This document shows, in pieces, positions 1 through 13,200 of a DNA stretch of 64,000 bases. A program made the translations under genes and the position numbers. Source of the DNA: Octopus vulgaris (Eukaryota); assembly GCA_951406725.2 (NCBI GenBank), contig OX597819.1, positions 60,388,001 through 60,452,000 on the forward strand, in the 5' to 3' direction. How positions within the stretch are numbered: the stretch's first letter is position 1; each line of letters starts with the position of its first letter. The notes under the pieces are model-generated. The model was not told where the DNA came from, searched no databases, and saw only the letters and a list, made by a program, of their open reading frames with translations.

Positions 1-263
1 TATAAGTCCTCAAAACAAATCAATTAGTAATTAGCATATTGCTATAATAAATGAAATACAGTTGTATGATATTCCTATTATCAGTTGCATAATGATGAAT
101 GGGACCAAAGCCAAAAAAAGAAAAAAAAAGAACATGTATTTTGATAGATGTAGCTAATGAACACCAGACCACATGCAATCATCTATTGGTAGAAAGTGTT
201 AATTTTATATAATGATAATAATGAAATTGTTGTGTATAGTGTTCAGGTGCACTACAACACATC

Positions 264-537
264 AAAGTTGCTGAAGTATGGAACAAACTGCTGGCATCAG
301 TTGTTAGTTGTCAGAGCACTACATCCTTCAAAACTTCCATGCTTCCCAAGATTCGCCAACACTACACCTGATTTTCTCTCCTCCATACACATGCAAGCAT
401 GTATCTGACTCATACACTGTTCACTTTCCAGACATTTGTACATTACTGCATATGCTTTATATGCACTTTTGACAAGTTGTGGTGCACCTGAGCACTGTAT
501 ACAATAATTTCATTATTATCATTATTATTATTATTAT
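264..537 (+). mobile_element. 3' end of a CR1/L2-type LINE with (ATT)n tail
   Basis: Encodes VAEVWNKL.ASVVSC (WNxLP-like ORF2 C-terminus); second copy about 21685-22020 (+); fragment about 13316-13470 (-). Confidence 0.7.
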
Positions 538-971
538 AAAGGTGCATGTACAGAATTATGTACAAAAGTCAGGGAAGTGAACAGTGTATGAGTTATGATA
601 TACATATGTGCATGTATTTTTCTATTGCTTTATAAGTAATAGGTAAGACAATGCCAAAAAATATATACACACAATAAATGCTCAGATCAGACCAATGTTA
701 AGTGAAGGAATACAGGATTTGTAGAAATAAGAATTGACTGTAAGCAATGTACAGGTCAAGCTGATGTAGGTGTAACAGAATAAAAGATGTACAAACAGTT
801 GCAAGGCATCAAATCACTTATAACATGTTTATATAGAAGAGAGTACAAGAATACATAAATTTAGCCAAATTTATATATTTTTATACTCTTTTCCTTATAA
901 ATATGTTTTAAATGGCTTCATGCTTTGCAACTGCTTGTTCATATTTTATTCTATTATATTTACTGCTGTGC

Positions 972-1280
972 AGGTGCAATGGCTCAGTGGCTAGGGCAGC
1001 GGACTTGCGGTCATAGGATCGCGATTTTGATTTCCAGACCAGGCATTGCGAGTGTTTATTGAGCGAAAACACGTAAAACTCCACAAGGCTCCGGCAGGGG
1101 GTGGTGGCAATCCCTGCTGTACTCTTTTCGCCACAACTTTCTCTCACTCTTTCTTCTGTCGGCCTGCTCGCTTAGCCAGCGTGGCGGCGTCATTTGAAGG
1201 CTAAATCAATGCAAAGCGCATTGTGACCAGCGACGTGTAACAACATGTGATAGCCTGGTCGGTCACGGTGATCACATGAT
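972..1280 (+). mobile_element. tRNA-derived SINE family A (alternative tail)
   Basis: Same head and core as 7335-7650 with a different 3' tail, shared with 10548-10640 (-). Confidence 0.8.
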
Positions 1281-2018
1281 ATTTACTGCTTTATATTCAT
1301 TTTTTTTTTATCCCAGTATACGTGGTATGTTTTACACATTTGCTTGGAAGAGTAATTTTTTTATTTTTACATCTTGAGGTTACTAACTAATCAAATGATA
1401 AATAAAAGTAATTAATGATAAAGAGAGTTATCCCCCTCCTTGCCAGACTCACACACACATACACTCATATGCAAGCCAACAAAAAAGCCTCTGCATGGTT
1501 ATTCAACCTACTAGAAGTAGCAGTTCAATCTTCTTCAAAACCACACTCTGCCACCTTAACCCTCTTATTACCATATTTCTGTTGAAAAACACACTTCCTT
1601 TGTTTCAATTAATTTTGAAAACAATGAATGAAGAATTTAATAAAATAACTTTGTCACTATTAAGCTGGTATTTGGAAAATAAACATGAAATTTTAATGGA
1701 AGATGCAAACTCGAATTACTTTAAAACAGGAGGTTTGTATGATGTAACCAAGAGCATCCTTAAGCATGTTGGTATCAAAGGGTTGGATAAGGAATGGACA
1801 CATTGGATAAGGTAGTCATAGACATAATTCTTAAGAGTGAAGGACATAATTTCAACTGGGTATAAAAAGTGACCTCAAGAAAACTACATTCCACCAGACA
1901 TCCATCACTAACATAAAACAATACAAAAAAATCAAAATGCTGAGCAATACCTTTGTTTTATTACACATGTACATTTATATGTATATGTATTTAGAAATTT
2001 CTTTCTTCATTTTTTTTT

Positions 2019-2105
2019 TTATATACAAGGGTTCATTCTATTTTCACATAAGACTGACACTGCAAGACTGAGTGGATTCACAAGCTGTGTACTCCCAAAT
2101 AAAAT
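2019..2105 (-). CDS. SCFD2: SCFD2 coding exon 15 (terminal)
   Basis: ILFGSTQLVNPLSLAVSVLCENRMNPCI then TAA; cag acceptor. Confidence 0.87.
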   Translation of the reverse strand: MLFGSTQLVNPLSLAVSVLCENRMNPCI

Positions 2106-5100
2106 CTGTAAATATTCAATAAAGGGAGAGAAACATTTTAAGTTAGCAAAATCTTTGGAAAAGTTAATAAAATTGCTAAGGTATTAACTTAAGGGAAAAA
2201 GAGGAAAGTAACTGCAAAAATATTAATATATAATAAAAAATAGGGAGAGATGAATGAATGAATGAATGAATAGATGGATGGACAGACGGATAGAGAGAGA
2301 GAATGAGTATTTCTTTGAAATCATCACACTCTTTACAATGGTGTATTTTACCAATTCCATCATCATCATCGTTTAACGTACGTTTTCCATGCTAGCATGG
2401 GTTGGACGGTTTGACCAGGGTCTGGGAAGCCAGGAGGCTGCACCAGGCTTCAGTCTGATCTGGCAGTGTTTCTACAGCTGGATGCCCTTCCTAATGCCAA
2501 CCGCTCCATGAGTGTAGTGGATGCTTTTTACGTGCCACCAGCACAGGTGCCAGGGGAGGCTGGCAACGGCCACGATCGGTTGGTGCTTTTTACGTGCCAC
2601 CAGCATGGAAGCCAGTCAAGGCAGCGCTGGCATCGGGTATCACAACTACAATTTCCATTTGATTTTTTTTATGCTGATGTACCTGACTCAATAGGTCTCC
2701 TCAAGCACAGCAGGTCGCCCTACGATCCAAGGTAAGCACAGCAGGACGTCCTGTGATCCAAGGGACTTTGGATGGGCTGGGGCTTCTATGTGAAGCTGGT
2801 GCAGGAAACAGCCATGAACTCATATGCTGTAAAAATGTTACATATCTCAATTCAAATCCTCAGAAGAAATTATATAAAGTGACATATCAAGGTCTTCTGT
2901 TTTATAGGGAAAGACAGGTTTGGATAGTTGTTTAATCCCATGTTATTCCTGAGCAAGAAGATCGATCATCAAAGACATTCCAGTAATGACCATCCAGTCT
3001 TTTTCTCTCATTTTCTTTTTCAGACACCATATCTAGGACCACATGATTTAATGTGTCCTCTTTTTCTTTTAAGAGAATAATCTGTTACTTAAGGGAGATT
3101 TGGCTGCTATTACTACATACAGACTTCAGGTTTGAAATTAATCAAAGAAAAATGTGAAAATGATTCATTGATCATCTTATTTTTCATGTTCACTTTCTAA
3201 ATTTTAAATCATTGGTACCTTAAGGAATATTTCTCTACAATGGCCCAGAGCCAAACAAAGCCTTGTGAGTGGATTTTGGTAAATAGAAACTGAAAGAAGC
3301 CTGTTGTATATATGCATGTTTGTGTGTGTGTGTGTCTCCTTGTCTTGACATGTGATTGTTATAAAAGAATGTCACTTATTTCTAATATTCTGTGAAAACA
3401 TGTCTGGTAATGTGGAAATATTACATTGCTTGGAAACAGGAAGGGCATCCTCATTCTGCCTCAATAAATTCTGTCTGACCCACACAATCATGGAAAAGTG
3501 GATGTTAAAATGATGATGATGATGATGATAAAATCCTTTGTCTTCAGGGATTTTATGAAACACTCACAATGCTTTTGTGGTACATTACAGAATAGGATTG
3601 CTGTTTTTATCTTCAGGGTTTCAATCAATCCCATATGAGCAAATAAACTCAGTGATAGGGTTCTGCTTAGTTTCTATCTACCAAACTTCCTCTCACGCGG
3701 TACTGGTCAACCTGGAGCTATTGAAAAGTCACTTGCCCAAGGTACTGCACAGCAGAATCAAACATAGAACCACAAAGTGGCAAAGTGAACTTCTTTAGTG
3801 CACAACCCTACGTCTGATTATTGGTAATCTATATATATAAAGCTGAAGTTGTCTGTGTATAGCAGCCTTCAACTAACACTATCTCCTCCAAGACCCTGTG
3901 GCGCAAGTTGACCAAAATTGAAAGTATGATAGAAGAAGGCTTGCTCTTCCTTCTGTAGAAGAAAAAATTCAAATCGGACCATGTTAACACCAAAAATTAT
4001 TTACATGGAAAAGGTGCTTTTTTCTATGAAAATCCCTATTTTTTACGATTTTTTTACTGCTGTGTTGCCATTTTTTGGTGTATTTCAACCAGAAAAATGT
4101 TCACTTAAAGAGAATAACAAGCTACATAATGCAAAACTTTTACTTTTCAAAAATTTTAATTTTAAAGGGTCGAAACAAACCTGAGCAATGCCAGGCAATA
4201 ATGCTAGTTAAAGTTAAAGTTAAGGCAGCAAGCTGGCAGAATCGTTACTGCACTAGAAAAAATGCTAAGTGGCATTTCTTCTGACTTTAAGTTATGAGTT
4301 TAGATGGTGCCGAGGATGATAAAGTTAGTACCAGTTAAACACTGGGGTTGATAGAATCAACTTAACCCCTCTCTCCCCAAAATTGCAGGCTTTGTGCAAA
4401 AACTTGAAACCAAGAATTAAAGTCAAAATTTAGTCATGCTGTCTTTTTTAAAGAATTTTCTTTTCAACATCTATTTTTTCTCTCATGCCAACACAAAGGA
4501 GAAGCATTTTAGATATTTGGATATTCTGCACATTGTTGCAATAATAATTTTCACAGCAGGATGTCATTTCTATTACTAACTACTTAACTGTGCCAGTGGA
4601 GCTTGTTTGTGAATAGTCAACTGTCATCTTGCCAGAGGGTACAGCATATTGGTTGAGTCTATCATTATTTTTAGCAATTGTGACTCTTATGTGAATGCTT
4701 ATTAAGACTTGGTTCTTACATGTTACTCATAGACACATACATTACTCATACACACATATATACACTTCTATACATAGATATTATTTTTTTTTTAGAAAAT
4801 ACTGTGGAAACAATCAATCATATTCAATCGGTATAAATCTATAAGAACATTTTTTTTCTTTTATGCAACACATTTGAAATTTCAATTGTTTCCCTTCTGC
4901 ACATGAAATTGCAATCATCTTTTCCCATCACATTTGAAATTACAATTATTTCCCTTCTAATTTGAAATTACAATAATAGAAGACACCTGCCCAAGCTGCT
5001 GTGCAGTGGGACTGAACTTGAGACCACATGGCTGAGAAGTGAACTTCTTAACCACACAGCCATGCCTGCACATATACATATGTGTGTGTGTCATCATCAT

Positions 5101-6391
5101 CATCATCTTCAGTGTTTTGACATCCACCTCTATGCTTGCATGAGTCAGATGGAATTTGCTGAGGTGGATTTTCCATGTTCAGAAGCCCTTCCTGTCACCA
5201 ATCCTCACCTGTTGCCAAGTAAGGTAATATTACCTCATGAGCAGACAAGTTTTTCACAGTGCATAAAAATTCTATTTTTTAAATTAGACAAGCTTCTTAC
5301 CCTTAATAAGTTGTAAAAGAAAAGAAAAACAAACAATTTTTCCTTTTCTATAACAATAATTTCACTGTTATAAATTCAAAAATAACATTTACCTCTTAAA
5401 TTTTCACATGCAGTAATGCATCATTATCCACATGAGGGGGAATTAAAAACATTTATTTTTCATGTAATTTTGAGGAATCTAGTTTTTTAGCCTAACTCAC
5501 CAAGAACCTGCTGGTTTCGATTCATTGTTGTAATATGTATGGAGGACAAAACAAAAACAAAACACAATACATATATAGGAATCTTTACCTTTGTATCTGT
5601 CTTTAAAGATGCCATCATATCTTTAATTTGTTTGACTTCAGTTGTGGTAATTCCTCCAATTACGTATATTATCAAGAGGGGATGGTCATTGGGTCTTGGT
5701 TTTGAGATATTCATAAAGAGCCTATGAAATAACAATAATAATAACAGCAACAACAACAATGATAATAATAATCCTTTCTACTATAGGCACAAAACCTGAA
5801 ATTTAAGGGGAGGGGTTTGTTGATTACATTGACCCCAGGGTTCAACTGGCACTCATTTTATCGATCCTGAAAGAGATTTTAGAACTAGCTTTTTGACTTG
5901 TTGCAAAATCAGTGACTGTGTTGCTAGAATTTATATAAATTGCAAGCAGAAGTGAGCTACTGCCATCTCTAGCAGACAAGGTCCCCAGTACTGAAGAGAG
6001 GTAGAAATAGCCCGAAACCAAGCTGGTATGCTGGTGGTAGGGGTTTGCTCCCCTGCTCGCAGTATATTGGATGCAGGTATGCATCATTAACCAACTAGAG
6101 ATGTCCTCTTGAGGTTAAAAAAATTGCAGTCAAGTCCATTCAAACAGAACAGCCATGTTCAAGTGGCTACGTACATTACTTGCTAGTACAACTATTGCAT
6201 TCATTTTAGAACTAGCATTTTTGCTTATATATATATATATATACACGCACACCTACATATATTGTACTTGAATACCGAAGTACCAGTTCATTAAAGCTGA
6301 AATAATCTTCAAGATCTTTTCAACTTTAATGAAATAGTGTATATGTATATATTGTCCCACCCATACCAGCAGGGAAGGCAGACATTAAACG

Positions 6392-6442
<51 letters not shown>

Positions 6443-7291
6443 GATGCAATGGATAAATTGTTGTCATTTTATATTTCTAATTTTGTGCATGCGCATTGTT
6501 TGTTTTTGATTTTGTCGACTACACAGTATAGTAGGGTCAGTTGGGCACCATCTCTCAGAAAAGCAGCATCACCATGTAAGTCACTCTGCCAGAAATTTGG
6601 AAACGACATGCTGTACTGCTTGGCATTTGCGCTAGGAGCTCCAATACAAACACTTCAGAGCGTTTGGGTATCAGTCTGAGGACATGTATGAAGAGTGATA
6701 AAAGCCAAACATCCAGTCAACATCATGGTGTTTGGAGTGATCACTAGTGATGGCAACACCATGCCTCCATTCATCTTCCCACACAGCCTCAGACTCAACA
6801 CAGAAGCATACATCAAGTGCCTGGAGGAGATAGAGAGGGTGGCTACTGGAAAACCTGTGTCTGGCAACAGGACGCTGCACCATGCCACACAAACAGGAGA
6901 ACCCAGTCATGACTGTCAGGCAATTTCTGCAAGCACATCACTCCTAACATCTGGCCACCTAACTCCCCAGATTGCAACCCACTTCATTATTATGTGTAGG
7001 GCGCAGTTGAGAGAGAGACCAACAAAACTCATTGAAAACCAAAGATGAACTGAAGGCAAGGATTATGGCAGCATTCACCATCTTAAACAAGAAGACTGTT
7101 CAGAAAAATTGTAGGAGATTCTGAAGTCGTCTGGAGGCCGTGGTTGAAGCCAATGATAATTTTAGTGGATAAATTTACTCTTTAGTATTTAAAAATATTT
7201 TTATGTAATTTTGGTAAATATATCTGTTAAAATGGGATGTCTGCGTTATTTTCATTTTTGTGTAATTTTGATGACATTGCGCCCTGTATAT

Positions 7292-7324
<33 letters not shown>

Positions 7325-7664
7325 AGTATGTGTGTGGAGGCGCAATGGCTCAGTGGTTAGGGCAGTGGACTTGTGGTCGGAGGATCGCGGTTTCGATTCC
7401 CAGACTGGGGATTGTGTGTGTTTATTGAATGAAAACACCTAAAAGTTCCACAAGGCTCCAGCAGGGGGTGGCGGTGATCCCTGTTGTACTCTTTCACCAC
7501 AACTTTCTCTCACTATCTCTTCCTGTTTCTTGAGTAATGCTGTGATGGACTGGCATCCCATCCAGCTGGGGGGAACACATACGCCACAGAAACCGGGAAA
7601 CAGGGCCCATGAGCCTGGCTAGGCTTGAAAAGGGTGACGTTTATCGTTTTTATATATATATGTA

Positions 7665-7713
<49 letters not shown>

Positions 7714-10173
7714 GGGGTTGTATACATTAAGTAATAGTTACTTCCTTACCCAAAACCAGTTTTCAGAAGATCTTTGAGGCCACCAGTTTTACATTCAACA
7801 TCAACCAATTCAACTTTATTTGGATCAAACACTAATTCAACTATTTGTCTCAAGATGGATTTGTAATGAGGGGGACTGCTTTCATCTCCTGCCTTAAGAA
7901 TAGAACTGAAAATAAAGAAGAAAATTTTGTTTTAATTAAGTAACAACAATATATCCATTTATGTAGGCAAGCTCACTGCATTTTTTTAAAAACAATTTAC
8001 TGATCACAGTAAAGAATATTTTTTAAAAAACACTTTTTAATAATGGTGTCATAGATTGGATAGATAATCAATCTGGCATAGCACCAAACTTTACCATCAT
8101 CTTGTTTCTGAGGCCTAACATCCTCAGAGTTGATTACACCACATCCCCCCATATCTTCATTGATCCTCATCTACTATGGCCACTATCCATTTATAAGTAC
8201 ACTGCAGGTGGTGGTGGTGGTGGTGGTGGTGACTGTGGTAGCAGCAGTGCCACTGCCACCACCATCTAATACCCATCTTCTATACTGTGAGTTGATGCTT
8301 TGGCAGGATCCAACATGTGGAGGCACATGGCCTAATGGTTAGAGCAGCGGACTCACGGTCGAGTCTCAGACCGGGCGATGTATGTATTTATGAGTGAAAC
8401 ACCTAACTTCCACGTGGCTCCGGTAGAAGATAATGGCGAAATTCTGCTGACTCTTTTGCCTCAACTTTCTCTCACTCTTTCCACCTGCATCTTGCAGCTC
8501 ACCTGCGATGGACCGGCGTCCTGTCCAGGTGGGGGATCTATACACCAAGGAAACTGGGAAACCAGCCCTATGAGCCAGGCGTGGCTCAAGAAGGAACAAA
8601 CAAACTTCTGATAGAGAAAAATAATCTTATTCTGAATGATTAAAGGACTGAACAATAAATAAATAAAAAGACACATACCTGAACTGCTTGAGGTCTTCTC
8701 TTGCATCACCAAGGCCTTTCAGTTTTTCCCACACACCTTGGACTATCACTGACACTGTACCTTCAGTATGGTTATCTTTAACTAGAAGACAATATTCAAG
8801 ATATTACATCTTCAGATAACATACAACATAATTTTTTTTCTTTTTAAATTACAAATTCTATAGAAGAAAGAATTAACATCTAACACGATTTTCCGTGACT
8901 GTTGCCAGTACCTCCTGACTGTGAAAGCACCCACTACACTCTCAAAGTGGTTGGCGTTAGGAAGGGCATCCAGCTGTAGAAACTCTGCCAGATCAAGATT
9001 GGAGCCTGGTGCAGCCATCTGGTTCGCCAGCCCTCAGTCAAATCGTCCAATCCATGCTAGCATGGAAAGCGAACATTAAACGATGATGATGATGATGATT
9101 TATATATCATATCAATGGCTACACAGTTGATGTAGTTAGTTGGCTGTATATTTTATTACATGAAAGGGTGATATTTCATATCCCACTGCAAATGTTGCAC
9201 TGTATATTTGGTACAGACATGCTTTGCAACCACTTGATTTTTAATTCAGTCCCACTGTGTGGCATATTGGACAAGTGTCATCTTGGGGTGACCAAAGCCT
9301 TGTGAATAGATTTGGTAGACAGAAACTAAAAGAAGCCTTACGTGTGTGTGTGTGCACCTGTGTTGCTCCACCCCATCCTGTGTATGATAAATGAGGTCAA
9401 TTTATTTGACTAAAACACTTCAAGGATTTAGGTACAATTTACTTCTGTATAATTCAAAGCAGCAGAAGCCCCTTGTTAAACTAACCGATAAGCAAAAGCA
9501 GAATCTGTGCAAAAAGTTGGGGTGGCCAGTATTGGCAAAAATTATACAATGAACATTGTAGGTATGGCTGACTCTGTATGCTGTAGGGAAAAGTGAAAGC
9601 TAATGTTTGGGGGCTATCATTTCACTAGAGGAAAAGCGATGAGCTCACAATGTAATCTTTCTCTTTTCTCCTTGACATGAATTTATCAAAACTTAAACTA
9701 TAATTGGTTTTAAATTTTGGCACAAGACCAGCAAGTTTGAAGGGAGGGAGCTAATCAACTAAATTGACCTCAGAGCTCAACTGGTACTTATTTTATCAAC
9801 CTTGAAATAATAAAAGGTAAAGTGGACCTTGGTAGCATTTGAACTCAGAACGTAAAGAATGACAAAAAAAAAAAAAAAATCAAACAGGACCGATAGAATA
9901 AGTACTGGGCTTACAAAGAATAAGTCCCAGGGTCGATTTGCTCGACTAAAGGCGGTGCTCCAGCATGGCCACAGTCAAATGACTGAAACGAGTAAAAGAG
10001 AGTAAAAAAGAGAGTAAAGAGAGGAGTGGCTGTGTGGTAAGTAGCTTGCTTACCAACCACAGGGTTCCAGGTTCAGTCCCACTGCGTGGCACCTTCAGCA
10101 AGTGTCTTCTACTATAGCTTCTGGCCAACCAAAGCCTTGTGAGTGGATTTGGTAGACGGAAACTGAAAGAAGC

Positions 10174-10244
<71 letters not shown>

Positions 10245-13200
10245 ATGTTTGTGTGTGTGTGTTTGTCCCCCCAACATCGCTTGACAACAGATGCTGGTGT
10301 GTTTACGTCCCCGTAACTTAGCGGTTCGGCAAAAGAGACCGATAGAATAAGTACTAGGCTTACAAAGAATAAGTCCTGGGGTCGATTTGCTCGACTAAAG
10401 GCAGTGCTCCAGCATGACTGCAGTCAAATGACTGAAAAGAGTAAAAGAGTAAGAGTATATTGGCAAATGTTTTATAAGCATATTCTTACTCCTGTAAGTA
10501 TAGTTTGGACATAGATAGACTATGTCAAACTGTTTTACTCCCAGATATCATGTGATTGACCAGACTATCAGATGCTGTTATACATCACTGGTCATAATGC
10601 GCTTTGCATAATTTTAGCTTTTGAATGATGCCACCTTGTTGGTTAGGTTAACAGGCCAACATTCTCTCTGACTGGAAAATTAATCCATCACAGGGTTACC
10701 TATTTACAGCTGAGTCAACTGGAGCAACGTGAAATAAAGTGTTTTGCCCAAGAACACAATGCACTGCCTGGTCTGGGAATCAAACCCATGATCTAGCGAC
10801 TATGAGTGCAACACCCTAACCACTAAGCCATGTGCCTTTGCACTCCAAGTATACTACTATTGAAACTGTTAAAACCATAGGACTCATGATCACCTTATTA
10901 TATGCCAAAGGTGACCAAGTTGATTGGTAAGAAAAGCTTGATATGAAGTGGCTGAGTTCCTTTCGAGTGTTGGGCCTCATGGAGGCAAAGTTGCCAAGTT
11001 CCTTTTGAGTGTTGGGCCTCACAGAGGCTATGACTGTGATCTTTGGCATTATATCATACTTGAGAAGACCCATCAAGCCGAACAAAATCACAGTCATGGC
11101 AGATACCAGTGTCATGCAAATGGCACCCAGGCTGGTGGCATGTAAAAGCACCTATTACATTCTTGGAGTGGTTGGCATTAGTAAGGGCATCCAGCCATAG
11201 AAAACCATGCCAAATCAGACTGGAGCCTGGCACAGCCTTCCAGCATACCAGCCTGATCAAACTGTCCAACCCATGCCTGCATGGACAACAGACGTTAAAT
11301 AATGATGATGATGATGAAGGAGAAGAAGGAACCACTGCTGCCACTACCACTGTTCATTGAAGGTTCATTCATTGAGTCTTCATTTTTGCAGTTAATACTT
11401 TAAAACCTGGTCGATAGGATATTAAAGCTGTTTTACCAAAAAAGCACTGAAACTAAATATTTTCTCATGAGCCATACACAAAGTAGCTTTCAAGGCTTAT
11501 CCAGTCTCAATTTGCTTGATATACCCAAGGTTGAAGAAGGAATATATCTTACCAAGTGCTTTTGTTATCGGGGGTAAATTCTTCAACTCTATAAGGATTT
11601 CTTTCACTATGCCTGCCTGAAATAAATAGAAGAAAAAATATTTTTGAATTAAATGGTTCAATTGGTTTCACATTTTATTTTTCTATGTAAAAGGAAAGAG
11701 GAATGAATGATTTTATTTCATATAGAGATTGTCAGCTTCAATAAATCTTTATTAGAATATGAAATGTAATTCTTATCAATGCTAAACATTTGATGCTACA
11801 TTTAACCCTTTCGTTACTGTATTTATTTTTGAGATGCTCTGTAACAAAGTAAAATAACTTAGTTATCATTAAGCCAGTGTTAGGAACATAAATTGTGACT
11901 AAGGTTTGGTGGAAGATTTTAATTCAAAACTTATGAAAACAAGACATTTGTACTCAGAGCCAGAGCTGGTTTCAGCCAGGCTGGTAATGAAAGGGTTAAA
12001 CTCGGGTCAACTCTCACTGAGTAGTTGTATGATCAAAGGCATTCCAGCCATGACCATTACATATTTTCTGTTTCAGTCACTTTGTGACTAGAACTACATT
12101 ATTCAATATGTCCTTTCCTTTAAAAACTAATAGAGTATTAGTTGAGTGAGATTTGGTTGCAATTTCTAACCAGTCAGGTAACCATGTAATTGCTTCCTTT
12201 TAGAAAACTACATTTTACCTAAGACAATGGCGTAGTTCAGGGGTGTCAAATAATCAGCCAACACCATTGTTTAATCCCACTCCCTATTCAATTTTATTAA
12301 AAAAATTATTATTTTTAAATTTAAAATATTCTCTAAAATAAGTATCACTAGCAAGTGTTCAGTGTGTTCAGAGGAGTCAGAGCCTGGTTAGAGTAGTAAT
12401 AAACACATCAGAGGATCTTTTCTTATCTCAATCAATGACAAAGTAGTTTATTAATCCAGGTAACCATGTACCTCCTTTGCAGCAGCACACGTGTTTCTGT
12501 CCTCTTTCCTGATCTCTTTCTCTCTCCAACTGGGTAACCTTGTACCTCCTCTACAGCAAGACATCCGTTTCTGTCTCCCTGTCTCACTATAACCTTTCAT
12601 CATCTGACACAAGATCATTTCCTCTAATGCCCCCTCTCCTCTCAAAAGATTTTTGTCTTGCAGATTACTCGGTGACCCTATCAGTGCAGGTGCCACTTAA
12701 AAAGCATCCAATCCACAGTGTAAAGTGGTTGGCATTTGGAAGGGCATCCAACAGTAAAAACCTTGCCAAAACTGACCTCTGTATTTGTGATACATAAAAA
12801 ACTGACCTCTGTGTTTGTGATACATAAAAAACACTAAGTCCATTCTGCTGGATGGATGGTGTTAGGAAGGGCATCCAGCTGTAAAACTCCTGCCAAAACA
12901 GTCACAGAAGTCTGGTGCAGGCTTCTGCCTGTTCAGCTCCTGTTAAACTATCCTACCCATGCCAGCATGGAAGGTGGACATTAAATAATGATGATGTTGA
13001 TGATGATGATGACACCAAAAAAATTACCTATTTCCCCATCACTTTGTTTATACACACTGACTCAAACAGAAATTTATAGAAAAATAGTGTTTATATAAAA
13101 TTTGTTGGCATCGATGAGCTTTAAATTATTGTATTTACTTGAGTATAAGCCACATTATTTTATACTTGATTTGAACTGAAAATAACTGGGTGCAACCTAT

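Noticed and set aside
1495-1815. 106-aa plus-strand ORF
   Set aside because: Runs through a piggyBac-type MITE-like repeat; chance ORF.
7335-7410. tRNA genes at SINE heads (also 972, 22511, 10021)
   Set aside because: Box A/B present, but they run straight into SINE bodies and I could not fold a full cloverleaf.
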